Origin: the human T2T-CHM13v2.0 reference genome, Homo sapiens
Direction: 5' to 3' (one strand)
Assembly: GCF_009914755.1 (NCBI RefSeq)
Contig: NC_060935.1
DNA length: 64,000 bases
A program made the position numbers and the translations under genes. Every line of letters begins with the position of its first letter. Positions within the stretch are counted from its first letter, which is position 1. Below, piece by piece: positions 31,040 through 45,417 of the stretch. The notes beneath the pieces are model-generated. The model saw only the letters and a program-made list of their open reading frames with translations. It was not told the origin of the DNA and ran no database searches.

Positions 31040-32820
31040 TGATATGAGGCAGTAGATGACAAGTTTGAAGTGAGTAGGATAAATCACCTAAGTGTTGCAG
31101 ATTAGAAATGGTAGGATTACTTTTGAATGGTGTGGTACAAAAAGGAATTACAAAGTGGGTGCGAAAAAAAGAGTAAGGCCAGGCAAAAGAACACGGAGAA
31201 AGAGTGGTAGCGGGGAGGATAGAAAGGAAGAAGGTAGACATTTCTAAGCAAGGGGACCGTCACCGGCAAAGCATAGAGGTAGGCAATCACCAGGTGCCTT
31301 TTGGGATAGTCGGCAATCAGATAGCTACAGCATAAAGTTTTGCTTGGGAAGTGGTGTTAGACAAAGCAGCAAAATAATGTCATGGAGAGACTGGGAAGCC
31401 TTACATATCAAGCTAAGGAGGTTGAACTTTATTGGGTAGAGAAAAAAGAGATTAAATTTTTACATAGAAAAGTGGGGCAAATGTTAATTTTAGAAAGACT
31501 AATCTGCTTATACATTGGATGCAGTGTGGTTTGGTGGAGAGATACTATTCTGAATCAAAGAAAACTTGTTAAGAAGCCATTTCAGGGGTCTAAGTAACAA
31601 GATCCTGACTTAGTGATGGAAATGAAGAAAAATAAAAGGGAGTTGGTGTCAGAAAACCTGGTTTCAATTCTCTTCTACCTTACCCATTTCCAAATGGACA
31701 GTGGAAAACAAATGCTGACCCACTTTTCGATGCATATTTTAACTAATCAAATATTATAATTCACTACATGCCAGATGCTATATTAAACATCAAGATCCCA
31801 AGGTGAAGATCAGTCCTTGCCTTTGAAAGGACCACAAGAATGAGAAAGAAAGAGCAACCAGATGTCCTGGGAGAGTCAGGGAGGTCTTCATAGAAGGATA
31901 GATGCTTGAAGTGATTCATGAGGCATGAGCAGTGCTATGGATAAAACGGTGTCCCTAAAAATTACTATAATATGTTGAAATCCTAACTGCCAGTGTGACT
32001 GTACTTGGAGATAGGGCTTTCAGGAGAATGATTAAGGTTAAATAAAGCCATAAAGGTGGGGTCCTAATTCAATAGGATTATTGGGCCTTATAAGAAGAGG
32101 AAGAGAGTGGGGGTGGGAGAAGAGAGATCGCTGAACACACACCAAGGAAAGGCCATGTGAAGTCATAGCAAAAAGGCAGAAGTCTACAAACCAGAAAGAG
32201 AGGCCTCAACCAGAAACCAACCCTGACAGTTCTCGATCTTGGACTTTCCAGCCTTCAGAACTGTGAGAAATAATTTTCTGTTGTTAAGCTGCCCAGTCTA
32301 TGGTGTTTGTTGTGGAAGCCCAAGCTGACAAATACAAGTAGGAAGTTTCTGAGGCAGAATATAAGGAGTGAGTATACTTTGCAAAGAGGGAAGAGGGTGG
32401 AGGTATGCAGGGAAAGAGAAAGAGATAACATGGAAAGATGTCAAAACAAAATGGCATAGTGCATTTTAAGAATTCCAAGTAACTTGGTAGGACTGAAATA
32501 ATGGTGGATTTGAAGAAATGAGAAGAAGCCAAATAGGATAGTGAGAAGAGGCCATATTGTTCACACCAAAATGTTGGGACTTGTTTTGGGAAAGGAAGTG
32601 AGGCCATTTTAGGATCTTTAGCAGGGCAATGGCATGCTCAGAGAAATGTCTCAGAAAGATAATTCCAACAGGAGAGTGAAGAATGGATAACAGGAGATCA
32701 AGACTGGAGGCAGGGAGCTTATTAGGGGAAATTTATCAATCATCCAGACAAGAGCAAATGAGAAGGTAGGGCTGCAGAAGAAGCAGTGACTAAGAGTGAT
32801 ATTTAGGAGGAAGAATCATC
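31040..32820 (-). mobile_element. L2 fragments (interrupted by MLT1 LTR)
   Basis: Purine-rich L2 antisense motifs (aagctaaggaggttgaacttt, gagtcagggaggtcttcatagaagg, gggcaatggcatgctcag, agactggaggcagggag). Confidence 0.6.
31933..32336 (+). mobile_element. MLT1 (MLT1B-like) solo LTR
   Basis: tgctatgg...ccttataagaagagg...gatcttggactttccagccttcagaactgtgagaaa...aataca; TSD agcag/agtag. Confidence 0.88.
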
Positions 32821-33744
32821 CACTCCTTAAGGAACATTGCAAAATCTGCTAACCACGGAAGACAAACACCTTTTAACGTGTCTGCCCACTTCAATCATCT
32901 AAAGTTTCTTGGAATTTCCTAAAATATTGCCTTGACTATCTGCAGCCAGACCTGGCCTCAGAGGAAAAGGGGGCCATGGCCATTGACTAACACCATTTGC
33001 CATGGGTGTGTCAGTGAGGAGTGGTGATTGACAGAGTGACTGCCAATCCACTCTCCTTTGGAGCAAGATTAACCTAAAACAAGATACATTAACACAATTC
33101 AAGTTTCTTTTAAGGACCTCTACACAAGAAACACATGTTTTGTCATAAAAAGCATTCCAGGGCCTCACAATCCTGATTGTTAAAAGAAAAGCTTAATCTC
33201 TGAAAATTCTTCTTCCTTCAGATTTCTTTTCCATAAGGAATAATTCTCATCTATTGAATCTTTCCTTCAGAGCCTTATTCTTCCTTGTCAACAGCTTTCT
33301 TGGAAGATTACAGCTGCTGCTAACCAGTTAGATGTCTCCCTACCCGTTCACCCCGAATCCTTCCTTTCTTCCTAAGTCTATGAGAATAACTGTGTTCACA
33401 GTCCATGCTCTGTGCCCTCTGTCCTGCTCCACATTGACAATGGTCTGACTATGAAAGCCCTCTACCTCCTTGCAGCCTGATCATATTGCTAGTAGCCTCT
33501 GGTCTCCTTGTGCTTACCACACATGATCATGGCCTGCTATGGGGCTAGCTAACCTCAGCTAGAATTTTCCCTCCAGCTTCCTCTCTGTAATATCACATCC
33601 TTCCCCTATTTCCAAGCTAATATTCAAGATTTATTTTTCTGGGTAAGACTTTCTTCTAAGACATCCCCAGTCAACACACACACACGTACGTGTAATGTAA
33701 TGCTGTTGCATTATCAAAGCCACACCTCTCCCACAGTTATAAAG

Positions 33745-34380
33745 AACAGGATTACTTAATGGTTAAAAGCTTGACATCTGGAGTCTGATGGCCTGGATGA
33801 TAATCCTAGATCTGCCCTTCATTGAGCCAGTTATTTACAATTGCTGTGATTCAGTTTCCTCATCTGTATAATGTAGATCATAATAGTAGAGTATCCACCT
33901 CATTGATTTGTCGTGAAAATTGAATGAGTTAACATATGCAAAATGCCTGGAATAGTGCCAGGCACATGACTGGCTATAAATGTTCCTAGTATTATTATTG
34001 CTATAGTGCAGTGGTTAAGAGCAGGGTGTTGGACCTCTCTGAATTTCAGCTTCTTTATTTAAAATATGAATGGAAAATACCTATTTTATAAGCTTACATG
34101 AAGATGAAATGAGATCATGTCAAAGATTTTAGCATAGAGCAATCAATAAATTGCATTATTATAATTATTGTCATTATAACTCAATATTGTCCACATACTA
34201 AATGAACTTGTATTTATTTTCTAAAATGCCCAGACTGTCAGAAACCTCAGAGACTGTTGACTTCAATCTCTTCATTTGCACAGGGACCTGTCTAATAGAA
34301 AGTTGACATGACTTGGCAAGGCTGCACTTCCATATGGTGAGTCAGAACTAGAACTCAGTCCTGCTGACTCCCAGACCTTC
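33745..34380. mobile_element. Cluster of MIR fragments
   Basis: aatggttaaaagc...tcagtttcctcatctgtataatg; second copy 34003-34160; reverse copy 34235-34380. Confidence 0.7.
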
Positions 34381-34479
34381 TTCCCACCACATCACATCGC
34401 ATGGCACAGTTTGTCTTTTTTCTCCTCTGTGTGCTGTGCAAACCCTTCTCAACAGCACAGTGCATACAAACTAGAACTC

Positions 34480-35606
34480 TTTCTTTCTTTACTTGTAACT
34501 TTTATTGTAGGTTTGGGGTACATGTAAAGGTTTAATACATAGATATACATGTGTCATGAGGGTTTGTTGTACATATTATTTTATCACCCAGGTATTAAGC
34601 CCAGTACCCGATAGTTATCTTTTCTGCTCCTCTCCTGCCTCCCAACCTCCCTGCTCAAGTAAACCCCAGTGTCTGTTCTTTCCTTTTTTGTTGTTGTTTT
34701 TGTTTGTTTGCTTTTGAGATAGAGTCTCACTCACTCTGTCACCCAGACTGAAGTGCAGTGGCACCATCTCAGCATACTGTAGCCTCCACCCCCTGGGTTC
34801 AAGAGATTCTTGTGCCTCAGCCTCCCTAGTAGCTGGGATTATAGGTGCACACCACCACTCCCAGCTAATTTTTGTATAGTAGAGACGGGGTTTCTCCGTG
34901 TTGGTCAGGCTGGTCTTGAACTCCTGACCTCAGGTGATCCACCGCCTCGGCCTCCCAAAGTGCTGGCATTACAGGCATGAGCCACCTTGCCTGACCTGTT
35001 ATTTCCTTATGTTCTTAAGTTCTTATCATTTAGCTCCCACTTATAAGTGAGAACATGCAGTCTTTGGTTTTCTGTTCCTGTGTGAGTTTGCTAATAGCCT
35101 CCAGCTCCATCTGTGTTCCCACAAAAGACAAGAACTTATTCTTTTTATGGCTGCATAGTATTCCATGGTGTATATGTACCACATTTTCTGTATTCAATCT
35201 GTCATTGACAGGCATTTAGGTTGATTCCATGTCTTTGCTATTATGAATAGTGCTGCAATGAACATTTGTATGCATGTGTCTTTATGGTAAAATAATTTAT
35301 ATTCCTCTGGGTATACACCCAGTAATGGGATTGCTGGGTTGAACGGTAGTTCTGCTTTTAGGTCTTTGAGGAATCTCCATACTGCTTTCTACAATGGTTG
35401 AACTAATTTACACTACCACCAACAGTGTGTACATATTCCCTTTTCTCTGCAACCTTGCCAGCATCTATTATTTTTTGACTTTTTAATAACATCCATTCTG
35501 ACTGATGTGAGGTGGCATCTCATTATGGTTTTGATTTGTATTTCTCTAATGATCAGTGATATTGAGCTTTTCTTCACATGCTTGCTGGATGCATGTATGT
35601 CTTCTT
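34480..35606 (-). mobile_element. L1 3' end (L1PA15/16-like) interrupted by Alu
   Basis: atcacccaggtattaagcccagtacc, ttagctcccacttataagtgagaacatgc, cccagtaatgggattgctggg. Confidence 0.88.
34684..34996 (-). mobile_element. AluS nested in L1
   Basis: Reverse Alu; TSD tgtt(c/a)tttcctt. Confidence 0.9.
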
Positions 35607-36199
35607 TACCTTTGAAGTTCTTCTGTGTCCCTGTTCATATACTAAATCCTCTCGCACACACCTGCCAAAGACGTGCTACAGTTCTCAGTGCACAGCATGT
35701 GCTCAAGTATGGCAATGACCTTCTTTAATATTTTAACATTTGTCCTTTGAAGGCTTATCATAAGAAATCTTTATATATGTGTGACTATTTGTAATGTCAT
35801 ATTTGTGTCTGTGATGAAAACAATGGACTTATTCCCGGGTGCAGCATTTGATTTTCCCTATGTTCTGGCTAGCAGTGTTCTATTAAACAATACACTGCCT
35901 CCCGTCTAAAGCTATAAAAGAGGCATACACAATAATCTTAAAAGCAGGCAGGGCTGGTTCCATGTCATTTGTGTAGCCAAAAAGTTCCCCTCAGCTGCCA
36001 CAAATTCAGTAGAACCATCAAAGGTAAGTTCTGATCATTGAATAGTATGTCCAACCCAATCCAGTAATTTACAGCCTTCTAGGGTAACACAATCCCTCTT
36101 TATCAGATTCCTCATTATTCCCAGTGTCACCTGCACCCTTCTGCACTATGCAGAGAAGGTAGTGTGATTCGAGTGGAGTGTCCATGTGATGTGTTTCAT

Positions 36200-36390
36200 T
36201 GTATTCTTTTCTTCTCTTCTGTTCTGTTTCTTTCCCTTCTCTTTCCTTTCCCACCTCATTCTGTTTTTCACTTTTTTCTTCTTCATTTCTTTCTTTCTCC
36301 CTCCCTCCTTTCCTTCCTTCCTACCTTCTTTTCTCTCCCTCCTTCTCTCCCTTTCTTCCTTTCTTCCTTCTCTTTTTCCCACCTGCCTGC
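36200..36390. repeat. CT-rich low-complexity tract
   Basis: Nearly pure pyrimidine run with ttcc/ttct units. Confidence 0.9.
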
Positions 36391-37835
36391 CATAACGATC
36401 ATGTCTTGCCTGAAAGGACAATGATTAATAGAATTTCCTTACATTTGTATAGTTTTTTTTAAGTACTGTCCTCTATCCATTTCAACGATTTCCTTTGTCG
36501 TCTCACTTGATCCTTCATACCAGCCCCCATGAAATGAAGCAGAGCAGCCATTTCTAAAATTATTGAAAAGGAGGTCACGCAATGAGTTAGTAACAAAGCC
36601 AGGACAATGAGCCATGCCACTCATTTGTTTATTCATTCATTCATTTATTCATATTGAGTTCTGCACTGTAAAATTCATTACAGGTTCTTACAGGGAGTCA
36701 GACTTCATGCATGCCAGAGTTCTGTACCAGAGGGCCTCACCAGTGGCAGGTGCTCCCGCCCAGCACGGAGAAGTCAGTCAGGTGGGACTTTTCATGACAG
36801 TTACTAAGAAGTAGGAAAGGAATGTCTGGAAAAGTGCAGACATTCCATGTTTATCCTAATTCCTTGGTGGGACCAACCAGAGGAAATGCTAAGTACCCTT
36901 CTGTCTCCAGTAACCCTCATCCAGCCGGAGATCCTTTATTTCTCCCCATTGTCTCTACATATATCTATTACAATATGCACAACACTTCAATCCATTTATT
37001 TACATACTTGTTTATCTTGAACAGCTAAACTACTGGCTCCTGAACATTAAGACTTAGCTCAGCACCCAACACACTATGTGTGGGCACCTAGACATTTGGC
37101 GTGAGTGAATTAATGCATGAAATTCAGGATTGTACTATAGCATACTTCCTCCAGAACATAGCAGGAACCTGGAGGCAGAAGGGCCAGTGCACTGACTGCA
37201 TCGGCCTCTTTCCTTCTGCCCCTGAAGTCTACACTGAATGACATTGGGTCGATTTTCCTGGTCAGACTTAGTAAGAGACTTGTTAGGGGCAACAGCAGAG
37301 GAGGGCTTGATATTTGGCTCTTTGCTGATTTGGAGACAAAGAGGCAAAGGGGAACAGTTCTTATCAAAACATTTAATTATCTAGACTCTCCTAAGACATA
37401 AATTCTTCCTGCAAATATCTCTACATGCTTTAAAAATATTCAGAGTAACAGGTTTCCACTTATAAGTTATGAAGTTTAAGAATGGTTAAGTACTCTCTGT
37501 AGTCTGAAAAAAAATAGCATTGCGTCTAAAGGAAGCTAACTTTCTCTAGAAGAACAATTTTAACAGTGGGGGAATCTGTCCCCACACTTGGGCCAATGTT
37601 TATGACAAACCATCAAGCTCATTAAAACTCCCAGAGAAGAAAGCAAAGAGGATGGTACTTGGTCCTTGATTAAGGTTTTGCCATTGAATCCTTCAACCTC
37701 CTACCACTGCTTCTAGCTGTCAGTTCCAGAATTTGAAACGCGGTGGAAGAGGCTAGTGGGTGTACAGAAAAACCTTCCTTGTGAAGCAGGGCAGTTTCCT
37801 CACACTCTGACCACAATCAAATACCATTAACTTAC

Positions 37836-37890
37836 AAAAGACACAGGCTGCAAAGCTGAAGAGAAGGAGAATTGTATTCCCCGAGACAGC
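37836..37890 (-). other. Candidate 55-nt internal exon
   Basis: Minus strand (t)23gcctgtttcag|GCTGTCTCGGGG...GTGTCTTTT|gtaagt: long pyrimidine tract, CAG acceptor, GTAAGT donor, in repeat-poor DNA. Confidence 0.6.
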
Positions 37891-38976
37891 CTGAAACAGG
37901 CAAAAAAAAAAAAAAAAAAAAAAACAGGGAGAGAACGCAAATAAGACTGCCTGTGTGTTGAAGCCCCAGGAGAACAGAAAAAGATATAAATTATAAAACT
38001 GTTTATACTTAATGCACATATCTCTCCAGATGAGGCAGCCCTAAAACATTTCCACAAGCTAGTGATAGAGGAAATTTTTAAAAAAGCAACTTTTGCAGAA
38101 ACCCGCAAGTGAGTACTTGATCTTGCTCAATTTCAATTTGTTTCTTTAGGAACTTTTTTCCATAAACGCAGGCCTGGGAGCCGAGCAGTACGTGCAGAGG
38201 GCCCATCTTCTGAGGGCCCAGGGACCTCCATGTTCCATTCCCATGCCAAGGAAAACACAGACGGAGAAAATGATCACCTCCAGAGGACTGCTTTTCATCA
38301 CTGTACTCCGTATCAGGAGAAAGTGTGTGTTCACAGAGACCGAGGGACCCAGACTGTATACTGACATCTGCCTTAGAAGGGTCCAGGGAAAGTTAATCAG
38401 ATTTTCTTGAGCCACAATTTGACCACCAACTCAGGTAGGAATACCTGAGAGTTTTAGGCACTCCTTACATTCAAAATGATGGTAATTTTGTGTGCTTTCA
38501 TTGGCACAGGGTCTCCATCAGTCCAAATCCCAAAAATGACATCCCTACAACAGATGGTTCAAAGTGCAAACAACTTTGCCAGCTGAAGTGGTGGAATCTT
38601 TGAAACCAAGGAGCAAAAAAATCATAGAAACAGAATTCTAGAGCTGGTATGGTCTTTAAGAAATGATCCGGGTCAGCACCAGCATTTGCAAAAATAGTGT
38701 CTAAGTGTTGCCCAAGAGATGAGTATTGGTCTAATTGTAACAGTCTTTTGCAGAGTGAAGGTAAGAGAAATTCACTTTCTTTGCTCTACTCTTAGGCACA
38801 GTGTGTATCTTTTCTTAGATAAGCATAGCTTGGAAAAGTTCACACAACTGGGATTGTTCAACCCCACAGAACCAGCCTTGTTACAAAGTTCCATTTATGG
38901 CTATTAAATCTTTTTTCTTGATATCAAACAGAACAGGGCAAGCAGGTACCCAAACAGAATGGCTTTAAAAGATAAA

Positions 38977-39011
38977 TAAAATAAAATAAAATAAAATAAA
39001 ATAAAATAAAA
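38977..39011. repeat. (TAAAA)7 pentanucleotide microsatellite
   Basis: Seven perfect TAAAA units, not attached to an Alu. Confidence 0.95.
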
Positions 39012-40299
39012 ATGAAAAGATGTTTGCTATAAATGAATCCCCAATTCTGTAAGAAAATACTAAGAGAATGTTCTTTAGAAGGTCATGGGATATGTAAGTA
39101 ATAAAGAAGAGAAAAATGTTTTAAGAAACAGAATAAAGGCATGGGAAATTGATTGTCAAAGCATTATTTGAAAGCTTTCTTAAATTTAGTATAATATCCA
39201 ACAGAATATCTCCTTCATGGTGATACTAATCTCTCTTTGAAAAGAATCAACACAAAATCTCATTAATTTGAGTCACACTATTTCAGAATTCAGGATAATT
39301 CAAACCAGACAGCTAAACTTACTTTTGTAAGTTACTGCCAGGTCTCTTTAAAAACTCAGTGCCAACAGGAAAAGACAGAAAAATAGTTTTAGCACTTTAC
39401 AAACATCAACTTACATACAAATAAATATAATATTATAATTTTTATACATACATGAAAAGTTACATGAAAATTCTAAATGGCAACACTTTGTTAATTCTGA
39501 CACAGCACAGAAGGGAGCAGTCAGTTTTTCCCTGGAAAGACCTGATTTCTGCATTTTCCAGGCCGTTTTCTAGCTGTGGGAGCTTGGGGAAAACCACCTG
39601 ATCTCCCTGGGTCTCCGTGGCTTCTCTATAAAAGGACAGTTATTTTAATAACACGTCACCAAAGGACCAGAGGCTTTCTTGAGCCCTCCAGCTTTTAGGT
39701 CTCTGTTATAACTTTCATGTAAATACCGTGTGTTTTTCTTTTAGATCTCCTCTTTAGTTCAAATTTCTTTATAAGTTTAAACTGATCCATCCACAAATGA
39801 ATTCAAATGAACAAGATTTTTTTGCACAACACACATCTTTCAGGCTACAATCTGAAATATATGTTGACCAAAGGAATATATTTATCTTCAGTGCTGCTGT
39901 GAGCACAAACAGAACAGCAAACCAAACAATGACGATGGATGACGATGGTGATGATGCACTTGCTTCTCATCTCGTTCATTTCTGTAGCAGTCTCTGCCTT
40001 TTGGAGCCTAATGATCATGGAACTAAACAGCGATGGAATAGCAGTCCGTGCTGCTTAGTATCTGTTTCTTTGCTATTTCATAACCAACTTGTAGTTTACT
40101 AAAAAACTTCTTCATAACCCAGCTCAGGTTATATGACTAATTCAAATGAGACCTTGAAGTCAAAGTATCCTGTGTATATAGTAGTATATGGTGATATTCT
40201 CACTTGAAAATTAATACCATAATATTATTGTTATCTCTCAGAGAGGAGAGCCTCAACATCTAATGAATTATGACGTAAATAAGAAAAAAAGGGAGGAAA

Positions 40300-40550
40300 A
40301 CACAGTATGGGATTTAAGTCACAAAAATGATTTTAGAATCTAATTGCTATTTACTTAACTGAATTTGTTAACTATGTGGCTTTGGGTAAGTTACCTAATC
40401 TCTCTATGCTTCAGCTTCTTTACTCATGAAGTGGGCATAATTATTCCTAATTCATCATGAAACTGAATGGCTACATGAGATAAGGGATGAGATAGTGCCT
40501 CGCCCGTTATCTGCCACAGAGGAAGTATTTGTAAATACTTGGTACTTCCC
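40300..40550 (+). mobile_element. MIR
   Basis: actatgtggctttgggtaagttacctaatctctctatgcttcagc. Confidence 0.7.
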
Positions 40551-43499
40551 TTTCATACAGACATTCGTTAGCCCAAGGAATGCAAAAATATTCATCTTTA
40601 CCTGTGATAGACAGACAACGATTCTCACTTAAGGCTTTTTATAAAGAGAAAGTCATTTTCCGAAGGTTTTCCATTAATATAATCAGAAGAATTTCAAATA
40701 TCCATAAAACACAGAGACAAGAAAACAAGTTTCTTGACTGTTTTCAGCCCTGGCTGTTGATATTGGTTTCACTCCCGCCACTCCCAACAACTTGACTGTT
40801 GTCTCCTAAAGCGCAGGCACAGGGACTTATCTTGGCGTCCCCTGCCAAGCCTTGCAGAATCCTCACATGGAGTATGTGCGATGTGAATATTTGTTGAGCC
40901 AAATTTATCTCAAAATTCTTCTGTCCATCAAGACAGATTGTTTTTAACTCATATGGTATTTGGATACAAAACAGTCAACTTTCATGACCCCTGATGGGTC
41001 AGCAGATCAGAGACTGCACAAGAAAAACACTTGACATCTGTGAATGCCAACTAAGATATTCATGTTTCCTGGTTCTGTCAAAATACCCTTATCTCTAAGT
41101 AGAAAGAAAGGTTAGTATTCTGAAGGCATGTCAGAGGTTTCCTATTTAAGTCCCTCCCTAGATCACAGTGAGCATTCCATTCACTGGTGACAAAAAGACT
41201 GGTACTAATTTATTATAGAATTCTTAGCAACCAATACTTTAAAGAGTCATGAAAACCACATGTTCATTCCCTTGGCCTTTCAAGCACCCACTTCCATGGG
41301 GAAGAGCTTTTGCCCTCAGCCAAACGAGTACCCTTTCTTTTACAAGTATCATCATAATTTATATTAATGAAATTTTGACGATGTTTGAAGATTGTTCATT
41401 GACTTAATAGAGGTTTGCATAACTACCACATGCCAGACAGTGTTCTAGATGCTGATGCTTATTAGTATTAGTAGTATGAACAAAGCATCTCCCACTCGCT
41501 ACCCCCCCCACACACACCTGCTCTCTTGTACTATACATTCTAGCATCGGAGGGACAAACAGTAAACAAAGAAGGGAAATATAGTAAATCTGATAGCGAGA
41601 AGTGCTTAGAGAAAAAAAGTAGGGAAGAAGCTTCTAGAGAACAGAGGGGAGTCAGGTCTTGTAAACGTCAAGATTACAGAAAAACATAACAAAGACACTG
41701 AACTTCTATGCATATGTTCACCCTACGATGGTTATAATAGTAATAATTATTATTATATATTAATAATCTTTCTAGAAAATGTACCAACTAAGCTGATATA
41801 TAAGAATAGGCAGAAATTGGACTAACGATAATTAGGCTAATGATAATATATTGATCAACAGGCACTCAGACAAGCAATTCCATATGTTATCCCATGAATC
41901 ATCACAATATCCCATAAATCCCATGTGTTATCTCATGAATCCTCTAGGGAGGAGGTAGTGTTCTCTTTTAACCAATACAAATAAGGAAACAGCACAATGA
42001 AGTTATTGGCCTGATGTCACAAACCTAGTGGCAGAGTTGAATGTGACTCCAGGCCCCAGGCTCTTGACACTAAACTGCCCTTAGCCCCAAGCCCGATATT
42101 GATATTCAACAGATTTAAATAAATATCTCCAAGAAATATAAAGAATACCTTATTTTCTAAAAGATAGAACATATTTTTGATGTTCCACTTCTAGAGAGAT
42201 TTACTAAATTTAATCCGATCACTTTGCTCTAAATTACACTAAATTGCATGTGTGTCTTTCAGGGCAGAAAGTACCCAGTATTCCATAACTTTGAGCATTC
42301 TTAAGTTTCTGCATTTAAACAAAAAAGTTGTTGTAATTTATGAAGGCAAGATAAGGCAAACCTGCAGTGTGACTGAAGAACAAGCTCAAGAGTAAAGACA
42401 CACAAGGCTGATTAGACCAAGGTTATTGGCAAAGATTTGTGAGGACTAGAATCTGAGCATGTCCTCTGCTCCCTGAGCTTCACAAAGCCTGGACTGCCAA
42501 CTCACAAACAAGAGCTGGGGTCCTAGGAAAGAGTGAGTGAAAGTATGTGGGCTGACATGAAAATACACCCCTCAGCAGCAGAGAGCAAGGCAAAACTCTC
42601 AAATTCCATGCTATGCTAAGGCAATTTAATTACATTTTAATTATTTATATCTTGCTTTATTCCAGAAACGATAAGATAAACTAGATGTAGAAGAGAAAAA
42701 GAAAGGAGAAAAATATGGATAACACTAAAGAATGGAGACAGGAATGGAGCCAATACAGAAATACAGGCCACCAAGACCTAAACATTTGCAGGAGGTGTTG
42801 AGGGGGTAAAAATTTAGCTCTAAACTGGCTGGCAGCCAATCAAAGAAGAAAACCTAATCAGTTACATTACTCAGTGTCTGGGAGATAAAATATGTCTGTT
42901 GTGTTCACATAAAAGGAAATGTTACTAAATGATATTCCAGCTCCCCACAAAGAAATTTCCAATTGATAAAAGGCAGAAGACAGATGAGCTTCATCCTGCA
43001 CAAAAAGGGAGACAAGATGGAGTGGGCAGATTATGGGCTCCTTCCTCTACAGATAATCCTGATTGTGGTAAGGATTAAATGACACCATATTTGTAAGCGC
43101 CTGGTAGGCTCTAACCCATGGTAGGGGCTCAACACATAGTGGTCATTATGATGAAGATGAAGATCAAAAAGAAGATGACAAAGAGAAGGAGGAGGAGGAT
43201 GGAGACTTCTTCAAGACTCAACTTTAGCAATTACTCATTAAATAATCTTGGGGAAGTCATCATGTCTCTGGGCCTCATCTATAAGATTGGGGAATATTAT
43301 CTATTTCATGGGTTTAATGTGATAATTAAGTTAGATAACATGTGCACAAGAATTTTTTAAATGAGGTTATGATTGCTAAGCAATTATTCTGTGATCACTC
43401 ACACAGAGCCATGCGTAGCTGGCCCTGAGTGAGTGTTTTCTTTCTATGATGATGGAGACCCATGGAGGTAAAACTCCCTACTCTTTGCACTGTCTGCTG

Positions 43500-43855
43500 T
43501 AGACACATCTGTTCTCTGCCATCTAAAGGCTTTCACATGTACTATTCCCTCTGCCTTGAGCAATCTTCTTCTCTTGCCACCCTTCACTTAAAATCACATA
43601 CTCTTCATTCAGGGCTCAGCCCTTCTCCCAGACAGTCTTCTCTGCCTTTCTTGACTGACTTCCATGTATCTCACACTGCCCTAGTTGTCTCTGGTCATAA
43701 CACTGCCTTGCAATATTCAGTGCTCTTGTCCAGACCCTGACACTGGACCACAAACTCCTCAAAGGTAGAGAATATGTCTCCTCCTTACCATTGTAGTTGT
43801 GACATGTAGCCCAGTGCCAACACATGGAAGGAATTCAGTAATATTCATTGAACCA
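43500..43855 (+). mobile_element. L2 3' fragment
   Basis: ggctttcacatgtactattccctctgcc...aaactcctcaaaggtagag...cccagtgccaacacatggaaggaattcagtaatattcattgaa. Confidence 0.7.
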
Positions 43856-45417
43856 TGAAAAAGTAAAAGTGGATTCCAGGAGACCAGTCATGTGATTCTT
43901 CCTTTTTCTCCTAAGGTACTGTGATGCTGAACTGATTGTCATTCTTTCTTGCACTGAAGATGTAGCATCCACACTCTCAACTAGAATTAACAAGCGCTAG
44001 AAATTATACTTAAACCTGTGCTCATTCACATTTCAAAGCCATCTTCCAGAAAGCTTAGCAACACGAAAAAAAAAAAATTGTTTAGATCTGAATATTTTTC
44101 ATCTGAGAGCATTTAGAAAGGTTCAATAAGTCAGTTCAACAAATATTTATCTTGAACCAAGTCCTTTTTTTCTAAGCTTTTTACAACTTTGTTCGGTTCA
44201 AAAGAAATGCAATCCCTTATGTTATTCCTTCATTTGTTTATAAATCATTAATATGATGGTTTGAATGAGCTTTTAAAGATGAAAAAAAATCACCCTTTCA
44301 TAGTTGTTTAAAGCAGCTTTTTCTGTTAAATATGGAGGTCATTTTTTACAGAAGAGAAACCGAAATATACCAAGATACTGTTGCCTCCTAATTTGTACCA
44401 TTTGAAGTACCAAAATTGACTAAATACATTTTCCTATTATGTTTCTACATTTTCAAGATGTACCTAAGATTGCAGTGGGCCATTCAAAACTACTCAGCAA
44501 GTCAGCTATGAAAACCTTCAGACGTTTTCCAGCAAATAGTGAAAGGACATTAAATGTTTTGGTCATCTAAAGAAACAAAGAGCTGTTGAATGGAAAAATA
44601 AAATTACTTGGGCTACTCAGTGAAGCTAATACCCAACATATGACCTTTCTTCACAGCCTTATTAATATCTTTCACATCACAAGTGGTGCCAGAATTGAAT
44701 AGAGAGACTTTAAAACAAGGCTGTTTATAGGCAATAAGCTATTATCCTCTAGGACTTAGCGAACTGGCTGTCAGCCAACCTTATATTTGGATACTCCTGG
44801 AAGGATAAAATATGACAGTTAATTGGTTTATGTGAGAAGAGTAAAATATCTTAAACAAAAATATAGCCCATGCCAGTCAAACGCTAGGGAAGATTATTTT
44901 CTCAGAAAACCACATTGACAATATCAGACACATGGAAGCAGAATATCTTAAATAATAGTTAATAATGTATTAATGTTTTATCTGGGGGTTCTCTTTCTCC
45001 CTTTACTCACTGGCTAGAAGCCTGTACAATTCCTTCAAATTGAGCTAATCTGTAGGTACTCCAAAATCACTGCAGTTGATAGATAAAAGGTCTTACCTAA
45101 TATATTTTACAATAAATACCCACATGGTACCCTGAATCCATGCTAAATTGATCTATCTCATATAGGCATAATGTGTAAAAGACTCTAGTGGTCAAATGAC
45201 TCAAGTCATTTTGCAGCTAAGATTATTTGTCCCCTGTTACATAACAGGGGGTTATTCATAGAGGTTATTCATAAACAGGTTATTCATCGAGTTAAGTATA
45301 GAATGCAGGTCTCCTGACCCTTGCCCCAGGCTCTGTCAACTGCCCCATCTCAAGTCTTCAAAGCCTACTTCCCATGAGTCAAGAGTAACTCACTGTTCTG
45401 AAGCTGTGTTAAAGCAT

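Noticed and set aside
36069-36462. F/S/L-rich and K/E/R-rich ORFs
   Set aside because: Produced by the CT-rich low-complexity tract
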